NCBI GenBank assembly: GCA_965204895.1
Contig: OZ242025.1
Span: 1,473,621-1,537,620 of the forward strand
Source of the DNA: Dehalococcoidia bacterium
Lineage (GTDB): Bacteria > Chloroflexota > Dehalococcoidia > Lucifugimonadales > UBA2985
DNA: 64,000 bases
Reading direction: 5' to 3'
Shown here: piece by piece, positions 16,907-25,605 of the stretch
Layout of the letters: each line of letters opens with the position of its first letter
Numbering within the stretch: position 1 is the first letter of the stretch
Notes under the pieces: generated by a model
Databases searched by the model: none
What the model saw: the letters and a program-made list of their open reading frames with translations, nothing else
Told to the model about the DNA's origin: nothing
Translations under genes and position numbers: made by a program

Positions 16907-17335
16907 ATGACTAGCCTGGACAGCCTGAGCGAGGCGTACGCCAAGCTGGAGCACACCTATGAGATGCAGGGTGAGGAGGCCATAGACGCCTCATGCCTGC
17001 TGGCCTTTGACTACGAGTACCCGGAGCAGGAGAGCGAGATAGCCATTGACAGCGACGAGTTCACCGCCGTGTGCCCTTGGACCGGCCTCCCTGACTTTGG
17101 AACGCTTATTATCAGGTACGTCCCGGACACAAAGCTGCTGGAATTGAAGTCCCTGAAGTACTACCTGCTCTCCTACAGGCAGGTGGGCATTGTGCAGGAG
17201 CACGCCGCCAGCCGCATCCTCCAGGACCTGGTCTCTGCGTGCCGCCCTCGGCGCATGGCCATCACCCTGGACTACAAGACCCGGGGCGGTCTCCACACCT
17301 CCGTGGACGTGGCGTACCGCTCCCAGGAGTCCTGA
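16907..17335 (+). CDS. queF: NADPH-dependent 7-cyano-7-deazaguanine (preQ0) reductase
   Basis: EFTAVCPWTGLPDFGTLIIRYVPDTKLLELKSLKYYLLSYRQVGIVQEHA matches the QueF type I signature (catalytic Cys in CP.TGQPD-type motif). Confidence 0.88.
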   Translation: MTSLDSLSEAYAKLEHTYEMQGEEAIDASCLLAFDYEYPEQESEIAIDSDEFTAVCPWTGLPDFGTLIIRYVPDTKLLELKSLKYYLLSYRQVGIVQEHAASRILQDLVSACRPRRMAITLDYKTRGGLHTSVDVAYRSQES

Positions 17336-17336
17336 C

Positions 17337-18035
17337 TTGGTCGGAAACTCCTCAGGCCAGCTGAGGCTTACGCCCACCTTCATGGTGGTGACGGGCCTGT
17401 TCATCACATGCCTCATCACGGCCAACATCATAGCCGTGAAGCTGGTGGTCATCTTTGGGCACGTGCTGCCAGCGGCCATTGTCATCTTCCCCCTCAGCTA
17501 CATCATCGGGGACATCCTCACGGAGGTTTACGGCTACCGGCAGGCCCGCGCCGTCATCTGGCTGGGGTTCCTGTGCAACCTGGTGGCTGTGGCGGCCATC
17601 TGGGTGGGCGGCCTCCTGACTCCCGCCTCATTCTGGGGAGGACAGGAGGCCTACGACTCGATTCTTGGCTACACGCCCCGGCTGCTTATGGCATCCTTCG
17701 TGGCCTACCTGATAGGGGAGCTTGCCAACTCGACTATCCTGGCCAAGATGAAGATATGGACCCAGGGCCGATGGCTGTGGAGCCGGACCATAAGCTCAAC
17801 GATAATCGGGCAGGGGCTGGACTCCGCCGTGTTCATCACCCTGGCCTTTGCCGGCTCGGACGTGGCGCTGGTGCGCCTGGTGCTGACACAGTGGACGGCC
17901 AAGGTCATCTACGAGGCCGCCGCCACTCCGCTGACCTACGCGGTAGTCGCGTGGATAAAGAAGCGGGAGGGTCTGGACCACTATGACCACGGCACGAGCT
18001 TCAACCCCATCGCAGTGACCCGCCTCTCTTCTTAG
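17337..18035 (+). CDS. yhhQ: Queuosine precursor transporter (YhhQ/DUF165, VUT family)
   Basis: TTG at 17337, one nt after the queF stop. Polytopic membrane protein with ITANIIAVKLV...FPLSYIIGDILTEVYGY...ISSTIIGQGLDSAVF. The 17190..17336 part of the tracked ORF overlaps queF and is rejected. Confidence 0.8.
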   Translation: MVGNSSGQLRLTPTFMVVTGLFITCLITANIIAVKLVVIFGHVLPAAIVIFPLSYIIGDILTEVYGYRQARAVIWLGFLCNLVAVAAIWVGGLLTPASFWGGQEAYDSILGYTPRLLMASFVAYLIGELANSTILAKMKIWTQGRWLWSRTISSTIIGQGLDSAVFITLAFAGSDVALVRLVLTQWTAKVIYEAAATPLTYAVVAWIKKREGLDHYDHGTSFNPIAVTRLSS

Positions 18036-18257
18036 GCGGTATCTGAATAACTCCAGCGTTGTCCTAAAAGAAGCGCGCTAACCGTCATTCTGAACGGAGC
18101 GCAGCGGAGTGAAGAATCCAAGGTCTCCCTCTGCAAAGCTACAATGTATTTGGTGAACGTCTTTAGATTCCTCGCTACGCTCGGAATGACACTGATACAA
18201 GGCCTGGCTACAGTTACGCAAGGGTCTCCTTCCGCAGGAATGACGGGATGAAGGAGA
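18036..18257. repeat. Cluster of REP-like palindromic units in the yhhQ/Rieske intergenic region
   Basis: GTCATTCTGAACGGAGCGCAGCGGAGTGAAGAATCC (18084-18119), GATTCCTCGCTACGCTCGGAATGAC (18166-18190) and CCTTCCGCAGGAATGACGGGATGAAGG (about 18229-18253). All are related to the GTCATTCC...GGAATC family. Confidence 0.7.
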
Positions 18258-18578
18258 CTAGCCCGCAGGGGCAATCAGAACGTCGGAGCCTTCAATCTTG
18301 ACCTTGTAGACTGCCAGAGGCTCATTGGCGGGCAGGGTGAGGGCCTCTCCGCTCCTTACGTCGAATCTGCTCCCGTGGAAGGGGCAAATCAACTCCTCGC
18401 CGTCCAGGTCGCCCTCCGACAGGGGGCGCGCTACGTGGGTGCAAAGCTCCGCCAGGGCGTAAATCCGGCCCCCGGCGTTGGCCAGGACGACCCGCTCGCC
18501 GTCCAGGTCAACCAGCATAAGGCCCCCGGCTGGCAGGTCGTCGGTACTGGCTACTTTAACGTAATCCGCCAAGGTCAA
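18258..18578 (-). CDS. Rieske [2Fe-2S] ferredoxin-type protein, copy 1
   Basis: CTHVARPLSEG...CPFHGSRFD (CxH...CxxH). TTG start at 18578 by homology with copy 2. The longer tracked ORF (to 18647) is an upstream extension. Confidence 0.85.
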   Translation of the reverse strand: MTLADYVKVASTDDLPAGGLMLVDLDGERVVLANAGGRIYALAELCTHVARPLSEGDLDGEELICPFHGSRFDVRSGEALTLPANEPLAVYKVKIEGSDVLIAPAG

Positions 18579-18630
18579 CCTCCGCCGTCTTCTACAGGTA
18601 CACCCATCTGCAACGACGGGATGAAGGATA

Positions 18631-18951
18631 CTAGCCGGTCGGGGCAATCAGAACGTCGGAGCCTTCTATCTGGACGCTGTAGGTGGCCAGAGGCTCGTTG
18701 GCGGGCAGGCTGAGTGGCTCCCCCGTCTTGACGTCAAAACGGCTGCCGTGGCACGGGCACACCAGCTCCTCGCCGTCCAGGTCCCCCTCCGAGAGTGGGC
18801 ACTCCGCGTGGGTGCAAAGCTCGGCCAGGGCGTATATCGTGCCCTCCGCATTGGCCAGGACGACGCGGTCGCCGTCCAGCTCAACCAGCAGCAGGTCTCC
18901 CGGAGAAAGGTCGTCGGTACTGGCTACTTTAACGTAATCCGCCAAGGTCAA
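18631..18951 (-). CDS. Rieske [2Fe-2S] ferredoxin-type protein, copy 2 (tandem paralog)
   Basis: CTHAECPLSEG...CPCHGSRFD. Aligns with copy 1 without gaps over all 106 residues, with most positions identical by eye. Confidence 0.85.
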   Translation of the reverse strand: MTLADYVKVASTDDLSPGDLLLVELDGDRVVLANAEGTIYALAELCTHAECPLSEGDLDGEELVCPCHGSRFDVKTGEPLSLPANEPLATYSVQIEGSDVLIAPTG

Positions 18952-18989
18952 CCTCCAGCGTTTCTAGTTTGTCAGGTGTTCTACCGCCG

Positions 18990-19613
18990 TTACAGGTACA
19001 CCCAGCGAGGCGGTATGTGGCACTTCTCCGCGGTGATGATGGCCCTTATCTGCTGCACCGCCTCGTTCAGGTCGTCGTTGACCACCACGTACTCAAAGAG
19101 GGACAGCTGCCGCATCTCGTCCATGGCAGTGCGGATACGGAGCTCCAGGTCGGGAGTGGTCTCCGTCTTTCGCTCACGCAGCCGGCGCTCAAGCTCCTGG
19201 GGCGATGGAGGCATCAGGAAGATGAATATCCCGCCGGGCGCAAGGTCCTTGATGGTCGCGGCCCCCTGCACGTCAGTCTTCATGATAACGTCCATGCCGT
19301 TGTCCATGGCATCCTTCACCTGGGACTTGGGGACGCCGTACCAGTTGCCGTACACCTGGGCGCACTCCAGGAAATCGTCCTCCCGAACCATCTGGTGAAA
19401 GGTGTCCCTGTCCATGAACAGGTAGTCTATGCCGTCCTCTTCTCCCGGCCTCTGCATCCGAGTGGTGGCCGTGACGGTGAAGTGCCAGTTCTGGTCAAGC
19501 TCCCTGAGCTCCCTCAGCACCGAGTCCTTGCCCACGCCTGACGGGCCGGACAGCACCACCAGCATCGGCCCGGGGGTTGGCATGTCGTAAAGGTGCTCTT
19601 CTGTGGGTCTCAA
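18990..19613 (-). CDS. gmk: Guanylate kinase
   Basis: LVVLSGPSGVGKDSVLREL...TVTATTRMQRPGEEDGIDYLFMDRDTF...FLECAQVYGNWYG. Confidence 0.92.
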   Translation of the reverse strand: MRPTEEHLYDMPTPGPMLVVLSGPSGVGKDSVLRELRELDQNWHFTVTATTRMQRPGEEDGIDYLFMDRDTFHQMVREDDFLECAQVYGNWYGVPKSQVKDAMDNGMDVIMKTDVQGAATIKDLAPGGIFIFLMPPSPQELERRLRERKTETTPDLELRIRTAMDEMRQLSLFEYVVVNDDLNEAVQQIRAIITAEKCHIPPRWVYL

Positions 19614-19626
19614 GGCTGCTCCTTTC

Positions 19627-20937
19627 TCACTCGTTGGTCAGGACTTCCAGGTCCTGCCAGAATCCGGGGTAGGACACGTCCACGACTTCCGCCCCCGAGA
19701 TCGCCACGTCATTCTCCGCGAGCAGTCCGGCTATGCCAAGGGTCATTGCAAGTCGATGGTCGCCGTGGCTCCGGGCGGCGCCGCCCTTCAGCGAGCCCGT
19801 GCCCTCGATAATCATGCCGTCCGGAAGCTCCTGGATCTTCGCTCCCAGCTTGTTCAACTCCCTGGCCGTGGCGCTTATCCTGTCCGACTCCTTGACCCGC
19901 AGCTCCTGGGCGTCCCTGATGACGGTCCTGCCCTCTGCGAAGCAGGCGGCAAGGGCCAGCACTGGAATCTCGTCCTGGGCTATGGGTATCTGGTCTCCGG
20001 CAATCTCCACGCCGTGAAGCTGGCCGGACTCCACGTATATGTCCGCGACCGGCTCACCGCCTTCCACGCGGGGGTTCTCCAGCGTTATGTTCGCGCCCAT
20101 CTGCCTCAGTATCTCCAGCACCTCGGCGCGGCTGGGATTTACGCCCACGTTGGTCAGCCTGACCCGGGCGTTGGGGTGGGCGGCCGCCGCCACCAGCCAG
20201 AAGGCCGCGGAGCTTATGTCGCCGGACACCTTAACGTCCAGGGGTTTCAGGTCGGAGCCGGGCTTCACCACCAGAGTCCGCCCGTCCTCGACAAGGGTAG
20301 CGCCCATAGCCCCCAGCATCCGCTCCGTGTGGTCTCTGGACAGGGCCGGCTGGCGCAGCATGGTCTCGCCCTGAGCGAAGAGGGATGCAATTATCAGCGA
20401 AGACTTCACCTGGGCGCTGGCAACGGGCATATCGTACTCGATGCCGTTGAGCGCCCCTCCCCTGACTGTCAGGGGCGCCAGGGAATCGCCGCCGCGGCCC
20501 ATGACCTCTGCCCCCATCTGGCGGAGGGGCTGGACTATCCGCGCCATTGGCCTGGTGCGCAGGGAGCGGTCGCCGTTCACCACGGACACAAAGGGCGTGG
20601 AAGCCAGCAGCCCCATGATGAACCGCATGGTGGTGCCGCTGTTCTCGGCGTTCAGCACGTCGCCGGGCTCGGTGAGGCCCTCCAGTCCGGGAGACGTGAG
20701 CCTCAGCTGAGGCGTCCCGGTAGGGCTGTTCTCAGGCGCAATTCGCTCTGCGGATACGCCCAGGGCCTGCAGGCATCGGAGGGTGGAGCGGCAGTCCTGC
20801 CCTTCGGAGTAGTTGTCGATGACGGCCTCGCCCGCGGCGAGGCTGTTGAGAATGGCCGCCCTGTGGGAGACGGACTTGTCGGCGGGCGGCGATATGTCGC
20901 CCGAAAGTGCCCTGGCCTGAGAGACTGATCGTTTCAT
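19627..20937 (-). CDS. aroA: 3-phosphoshikimate 1-carboxyvinyltransferase (EPSP synthase)
   Basis: 436 aa. PADKSVSHRAAILNSLAAGEAVIDNY...NSGTTMRFIMGLLA...VKESDRISATARELNKLGAKI...HGDHRLAMTLGIAGL. Confidence 0.95.
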   Translation of the reverse strand: MKRSVSQARALSGDISPPADKSVSHRAAILNSLAAGEAVIDNYSEGQDCRSTLRCLQALGVSAERIAPENSPTGTPQLRLTSPGLEGLTEPGDVLNAENSGTTMRFIMGLLASTPFVSVVNGDRSLRTRPMARIVQPLRQMGAEVMGRGGDSLAPLTVRGGALNGIEYDMPVASAQVKSSLIIASLFAQGETMLRQPALSRDHTERMLGAMGATLVEDGRTLVVKPGSDLKPLDVKVSGDISSAAFWLVAAAAHPNARVRLTNVGVNPSRAEVLEILRQMGANITLENPRVEGGEPVADIYVESGQLHGVEIAGDQIPIAQDEIPVLALAACFAEGRTVIRDAQELRVKESDRISATARELNKLGAKIQELPDGMIIEGTGSLKGGAARSHGDHRLAMTLGIAGLLAENDVAISGAEVVDVSYPGFWQDLEVLTNE

Positions 20938-20942
20938 CGCCC

Positions 20943-21983
20943 TTACCTGCGCTTCCTCCTGTCATCGTCCCGGTACCAGTCCATCATCTCGCGGACGCGG
21001 CTGGCGGCCCTGTCCCCAAGGAGCATCCCGCCCATAGTCTCCGCTGTGGTGGGAATCTCCACCTGCGGGTGCGACGCGGGGGTCGTCACCTTGTTCTGGA
21101 CCCACCTGTCACGGGCTTCCCAGGCGGCGTCAAAGGCGGCCTCCATATCCTTGTCAGTGCCCTCCTTTACCAGGTTCCTGAAGCTGTACAACTCCTTGAT
21201 GAACTCGTCTATCCAGTGCACCAGCCCGTCCTGGTTGGTCATGCAGATGTCACGGTTCATAGTGGGTTCCTGGGATGCAAGGCGGCTGACGTCCCTGAAG
21301 CCGGAGGAGGCCAGCTTGGCTATCTCCGGCCACGACGGGCTGCTGGAGGCGACTCTGGTGAGCACGGTGGAGAGAATCATGGGCAGGTGGCTCACCGCCC
21401 CGACGAAGCTGTCATGCTCCACAGGGTCAATGAAGTAGGGCTTTGCGCCCATGGCCTCCACCATGTTTATAACTGAGCCAAGGGCGTCCTGCCCGGTGCC
21501 TCTGGCCGGCATGAGGCAGTAGGTGGCGCCCTGAAAGAGGTCGGCTTGCGCGGCGTCCGGGCCGGAAATCTCCTTGCCGGCCATTGGATGCCCGCCCACA
21601 AAGCTCACCCTGGACGGCAGATGCTCCTCGGCCCACTTGAGCACGGAGACCTTGGTGCTGCCGGTGTCGGTCACCACGCACCCCTCCTCCAGCTCCGGCC
21701 CAATGAGCTTCATGATCTCCTCTATGGTGCTTATGGGCGTGGCGATGACCACCACCTTGGCGCCCTTCACCGCCCTGAGGGGATTCGTTTCGGTCGAATC
21801 GGCGCCGCCCATCTTCTGCGCGCGGTTGGCTACTCCCCTGTCCCTGTCGCTGCCCACAATCTCCGCCTTTATCTGCGCCCTCTTCAGGGCCATGCCCAGG
21901 GAGGTCCCGATGAGACCGGTGCCGATAATCGTTATCTTGTCCACTGCGTGCCTCCTTGCTCTTGCGCCCCGATATGCGCTCAC
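20943..21983 (-). CDS. tyrA: Prephenate/arogenate dehydrogenase
   Basis: Rossmann ITIIGTGLIGTSLGMALK. GSTKVSVLKWAEEHLP...FVGGHPMAGKE. The start may be the internal GTG at 21944. Confidence 0.88.
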   Translation of the reverse strand: MSAYRGARARRHAVDKITIIGTGLIGTSLGMALKRAQIKAEIVGSDRDRGVANRAQKMGGADSTETNPLRAVKGAKVVVIATPISTIEEIMKLIGPELEEGCVVTDTGSTKVSVLKWAEEHLPSRVSFVGGHPMAGKEISGPDAAQADLFQGATYCLMPARGTGQDALGSVINMVEAMGAKPYFIDPVEHDSFVGAVSHLPMILSTVLTRVASSSPSWPEIAKLASSGFRDVSRLASQEPTMNRDICMTNQDGLVHWIDEFIKELYSFRNLVKEGTDKDMEAAFDAAWEARDRWVQNKVTTPASHPQVEIPTTAETMGGMLLGDRAASRVREMMDWYRDDDRRKRR

Positions 21984-21984
21984 G

Positions 21985-22701
21985 CTATAGAGCGCGCCCC
22001 ATTACCAACCAGCCTACCACATCGACGAGGGGATTTAGAACCCTCCAGAGCAAATTCAGGTTGGTAATCATGTCGATAGCGATAATCGCTATCAGAATGG
22101 CGGGGCCGGAGGCCTCAAAACGGAGCATCTTTGCGGCGATGGAGCGCGGCAGTATGCCCAGGGCCACCTTGGAGCCGTCCAGGGGGAACAGGGGTATGAG
22201 GTTGAACACGGCAAGAATGATGTTGTAGAAGATGACGAATCCCAGGAGGTCAGCCGCGAGTCCCTCCAACCCCTGCCCCTGCAAGCCCCTGAAGTAGAAG
22301 GGCGAGTGCCAGGGCGCCAGCCCCAGGCGTATGGGCACGGCGCATACCGCCGCCGTCAGAACATTGGATACCGGCCCTGCGCCCGCCACTACCGACATGC
22401 CGGTCCAGGGATTGCCCCGAAGGCGGTTTGGGCTCACCGGCACGGGCTTGCCCCAGCCGAAGCCCACCAGCAGTAGCAGGATGGTGCCTGCCGGGTCCAG
22501 GTGTCTTACGGGGTTGAGGGAGAGCCTGCCCAGCCGCCTGGCGGTGTCGTCCCCCAGGCGGTGGGCCAGGGCCGCGTGGCTGAACTCGTGGACGGTGATT
22601 CCTATGAGCAGGGCAACACCCGCAGTGGCTAGAGATGTAATGAAAACAACTACAAAGCGCAGAGGGTCGTCAAATAGAAGGTCGATGTTTCTGAGTATCA
22701 C
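21985..22701 (-). CDS. Site-2 protease family (peptidase M50) membrane metalloprotease
   Basis: HEFSHALAAHRLG zinc motif, multiple TM helices, NLIPLFPLDGSKV (LDG motif). Confidence 0.85.
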   Translation of the reverse strand: MILRNIDLLFDDPLRFVVVFITSLATAGVALLIGITVHEFSHAALAHRLGDDTARRLGRLSLNPVRHLDPAGTILLLLVGFGWGKPVPVSPNRLRGNPWTGMSVVAGAGPVSNVLTAAVCAVPIRLGLAPWHSPFYFRGLQGQGLEGLAADLLGFVIFYNIILAVFNLIPLFPLDGSKVALGILPRSIAAKMLRFEASGPAILIAIIAIDMITNLNLLWRVLNPLVDVVGWLVMGRAL

Positions 22702-22778
22702 GTTGCAGAATGGTCGGTTTGGAGATGCGGGTATTATACAGGGCGCGTAGGGCCAAGGCTATGAGGAGGGCAAGGAAC

Positions 22779-22807
22779 GTCATGCCCGTGCAGACGGGCA
22801 TCCAGGG
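22779..22807. repeat. REP-like hairpin variant GTCATGCCCGT-GCAG-ACGGGCATCCAGG
   Basis: Stems at 22782-22789 and 22794-22801. Flanks (GTCAT...ATCCAGG) are the same as the ATTCCTGC family, but the stem changes are compensatory. Confidence 0.65.
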
Positions 22808-22867
22808 ACGGGTGTACGCACGCCTCCTCCCCGCGTGTGCTAGAATGGGCCAAATCCCGGGAGCAGA

Positions 22868-24232
22868 ATGCCCATGGCCACCGGCTACCGCAGCATACCC
22901 AGCGTTGAGAAGCTCCTCTCGGACGGCCGCGTCCAGGAGCTCATCGACGTCTACTCCAGAGAGCCACTGGTCTACCTGGTGCGCAAGTCACTGGAGCGGG
23001 TGCGACAGGACGTAGCCAACGGCAAGACCGCCCCGTCTTTCGATGACCTGGTAGACGGCATAGCCTCAGAAGCCGCCTTCCTATGGAGTCCCAAACCAAG
23101 GCCCCTTATCAACGCCACCGGCGTGGTGCTTCACACCAACCTGGGGCGCTCGCCCCTCAGCGAGGAAGCCGCGGAGGCCGTGCTCCGGGCAGCGAGAGGC
23201 TACACCAACCTGGAGCTTAACCTTGAAGACGGGGCCAGGGGCTCCCGGCAGGCCCACGTAGAGTCCCTGCTGTGCCAGATAACCGGCGCGGAGGCGGCCC
23301 TGGTCGTGAACAACAACGCCTCCGCCGTGCTGCTGGGCCTCTCGGCCATCGCAACCGGCAGGGAGGTCATCGTTTCCAGGGGTGAGGCCGTGGAGATTGG
23401 CGGCGGCTTCCGCATCCCGGACGTGCTGAGGCAGAGCGGCGCGGCGCTGGTGGAGGTGGGCACAACCAACCGCACCTACGTGTCCGACTATGAAAGCGCC
23501 TTAACCCCCGATACCGCCGCCATGCTCAAGGTGCACACCAGCAACTTCCGGGTCATCGGCTTTACCCACGAGGCGAGCGTGGAGGAGCTTGCGGCCCTGG
23601 GCGCCGGCCGCGCCGTTCCCGTCCTCCACGACCAGGGCAGCGGCTGTCTTCTTGACACAACACAGTTCGGGTTGGCCGTGGAGCCTATGGTGCAGGACAG
23701 CATTGCGGCGGGCGCAGACCTGGTCTTCTTCTCCGGCGACAAGCTCCTGGGAGGCCCCCAGGCCGGCATCGTGGCGGGCAAGAGGGAGTGGGTGACGCGG
23801 CTGGCAAGGCATCCCCTGGCCAGGGCCGTGCGCATCGACAAGCTGAGCCTGGCGGCACTCACCGCGACGCTCCTCCACTACCTCAAGGGTGAAGCGCTTC
23901 AAAAGATACCCATCTGGAGGATGATCTCCACTCCCCCGGAGACGCTGGAGTCGCGGGCCCGCGGCTGGCAGAGCGCCGTCGGCGACGCGGCGCAGGTGGT
24001 ACAGGGGCTGTCCGCCATCGGCGGCGGCAGCCTGCCCGGCGAGAGCCTACCAACGTGGCTGCTGTCCATCGAAACGGACGGCGCGCAGGGCCTTGCCAAA
24101 CGGCTCAGAGACGCCGACACACCTGTCATCGCCCGCATAGAGGACGACCGCGTACTCCTTGACCCCCGCACTGTGCTCCCGTCCGAGGAGGACGCCCTTA
24201 TGCGGTCGCTGAAGTCGGCCCTCGGCGGCTAG
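22868..24232 (+). CDS. selA: L-seryl-tRNA(Sec) selenium transferase
   Basis: 454 aa. YRSIPSVEKLL..., INATGVVLHTNLGRSPL, VNNNASAVLL, PLP-lysine context FSGDKLLGGPQAGI. Confidence 0.9.
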   Translation: MPMATGYRSIPSVEKLLSDGRVQELIDVYSREPLVYLVRKSLERVRQDVANGKTAPSFDDLVDGIASEAAFLWSPKPRPLINATGVVLHTNLGRSPLSEEAAEAVLRAARGYTNLELNLEDGARGSRQAHVESLLCQITGAEAALVVNNNASAVLLGLSAIATGREVIVSRGEAVEIGGGFRIPDVLRQSGAALVEVGTTNRTYVSDYESALTPDTAAMLKVHTSNFRVIGFTHEASVEELAALGAGRAVPVLHDQGSGCLLDTTQFGLAVEPMVQDSIAAGADLVFFSGDKLLGGPQAGIVAGKREWVTRLARHPLARAVRIDKLSLAALTATLLHYLKGEALQKIPIWRMISTPPETLESRARGWQSAVGDAAQVVQGLSAIGGGSLPGESLPTWLLSIETDGAQGLAKRLRDADTPVIARIEDDRVLLDPRTVLPSEEDALMRSLKSALGG

Positions 24233-24266
24233 ACCCTTACTCCGCGTATCGCCTCTTCACCATCTC

Positions 24267-24294
24267 GTCATTCCTGCTGAGGCAGGAATCCAGG
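24267..24294. repeat. REP-like hairpin GTCATTCCTGC-TGAG-GCAGGAATCCAGG
   Basis: Read directly, between the convergent selA and fabF. It could also serve as a bidirectional terminator. Confidence 0.7.
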
Positions 24295-24312
24295 AAGGGA
24301 GGGGTGGGCACC

Positions 24313-25560
24313 CTACTCCGTGTAACGCCTGAACACTGTGCAGGTGTTCTGTCCGCCAAAGCCGAATGAGTTGGACAGGGCAACGTCCACGCGCTGCTGG
24401 CGCGCCGCGTTGGGCACGTAGTCCAGGTCGCAGGACGGGTCCGGGTTCTCCTGGTTCACCGTGGGATGGATTACGCCGTCCGTGATGCTCTTGATGCAGG
24501 CCACGGCCTCCAGCGCGCCCGCGCCGCCCAGGGCGTGCCCCACCATCGACTTGGTGGAGCTTATGGGCACCTTGTATGCGCGCTCCCCGAAAATGGTCTT
24601 GATGGCCATCGTCTCTATGGCGTCATTGAGGGGCGTAGACGTGCCGTGGGCGTTGATGTAGTCGATAGCCTCCGGCGGCATATCTGCGTCGGCGAGGGCC
24701 CAGCGGATGGCCCTTGCGGCTCCCTCGCCAGTCTCGTCGGGCTGGACGGCGTGGAAGGCGTCGCAGGACGTGCCGTAGCCCGCCACCTCCGCCAGGATGG
24801 GCGCGCCCCTGTCCAGGGCGTGCTCAAGGCTCTCAATAATCAGGATGGCCGCGCCCTCCGCGGGCACAAAGCCGTCCCGCTCGGCGTCAAATGGGCGGCT
24901 GGCCTTGTCCGGCTCCTCGTTGCGGGTGCTCAGGGCCTTGAGAATGCAGAAGCCCGACAGCCCTAGCTCGCTGATTCCGGCCTCCGTCCCGCCCGTCAGA
25001 ACGATGTCCACGACTCCGCGCCGGATGGCCTCGGTCGCCTCTCCGATGGACTGGTTGGAGGCTGCGCATGCGGTTATCACCGTGGAGTTGTAGCCCTTGG
25101 CCCCGAAAATCCTGGCGATGTTAGCGGCGGCCATGTTGGGCAGGATCATCGGGATGAAGAACGGGTTAATCTTCATGCCGCCCTTGGAGAGCATGTCCTG
25201 GCACGTCTCCTGGGTCGTGGGCAGGCTACCGATGCCGGTGCCCAGCAGCACGCCCACCCTCTCCTGGTCCTCTTTGTCCAGGTCAAGCCCCGCGTCCTCT
25301 ACGGCCATCTGCGCCGACGCCAGGGCCAGCTGGCTGAAGCGCGCCATCCGACGGGCCTCACGGGGGTTGATATACGCGCCGGGGTCGAAGCCCTTGACCT
25401 CTCCTGCGATCTGGCACGGGAACGCCGACGGGTCGCACAGGGTCATGGGTGCTATGCCCGACCGGCCGGCCACCAGGCCGTCCCAGAACTCCTGCACCGT
25501 GTTGCCCAGCGGGGTGACCGCGCCCATGCCCGTGACTACAACTCTTTTTCTGTCCTTCAT
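24313..25560 (-). CDS. fabF: 3-oxoacyl-[ACP] synthase II
   Basis: RVVVTGMGAVTPLGN..., active-site Cys in ITACAASNQSIG, INAHGTSTPLND, SSTKSMVGHALGGAGALE, NSFGFGGQNT. Confidence 0.95.
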   Translation of the reverse strand: MKDRKRVVVTGMGAVTPLGNTVQEFWDGLVAGRSGIAPMTLCDPSAFPCQIAGEVKGFDPGAYINPREARRMARFSQLALASAQMAVEDAGLDLDKEDQERVGVLLGTGIGSLPTTQETCQDMLSKGGMKINPFFIPMILPNMAAANIARIFGAKGYNSTVITACAASNQSIGEATEAIRRGVVDIVLTGGTEAGISELGLSGFCILKALSTRNEEPDKASRPFDAERDGFVPAEGAAILIIESLEHALDRGAPILAEVAGYGTSCDAFHAVQPDETGEGAARAIRWALADADMPPEAIDYINAHGTSTPLNDAIETMAIKTIFGERAYKVPISSTKSMVGHALGGAGALEAVACIKSITDGVIHPTVNQENPDPSCDLDYVPNAARQQRVDVALSNSFGFGGQNTCTVFRRYTE

Positions 25561-25605
25561 CAAATCTCTCTCCAAATATGATTACTACTCACGACTGACG
25601 TACGC

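Noticed and set aside
17190-17336. N-terminal extension of the yhhQ ORF overlapping queF (similarly 2625-2729 for rpsT, 18579-18647 for Rieske copy 1, and 34335-34427 for CoA-transferase 1)
   Set aside because: These are ORF-caller extensions to the farthest upstream start. The extensions overlap well-supported upstream genes or lack homology, and better starts with an RBS exist downstream.
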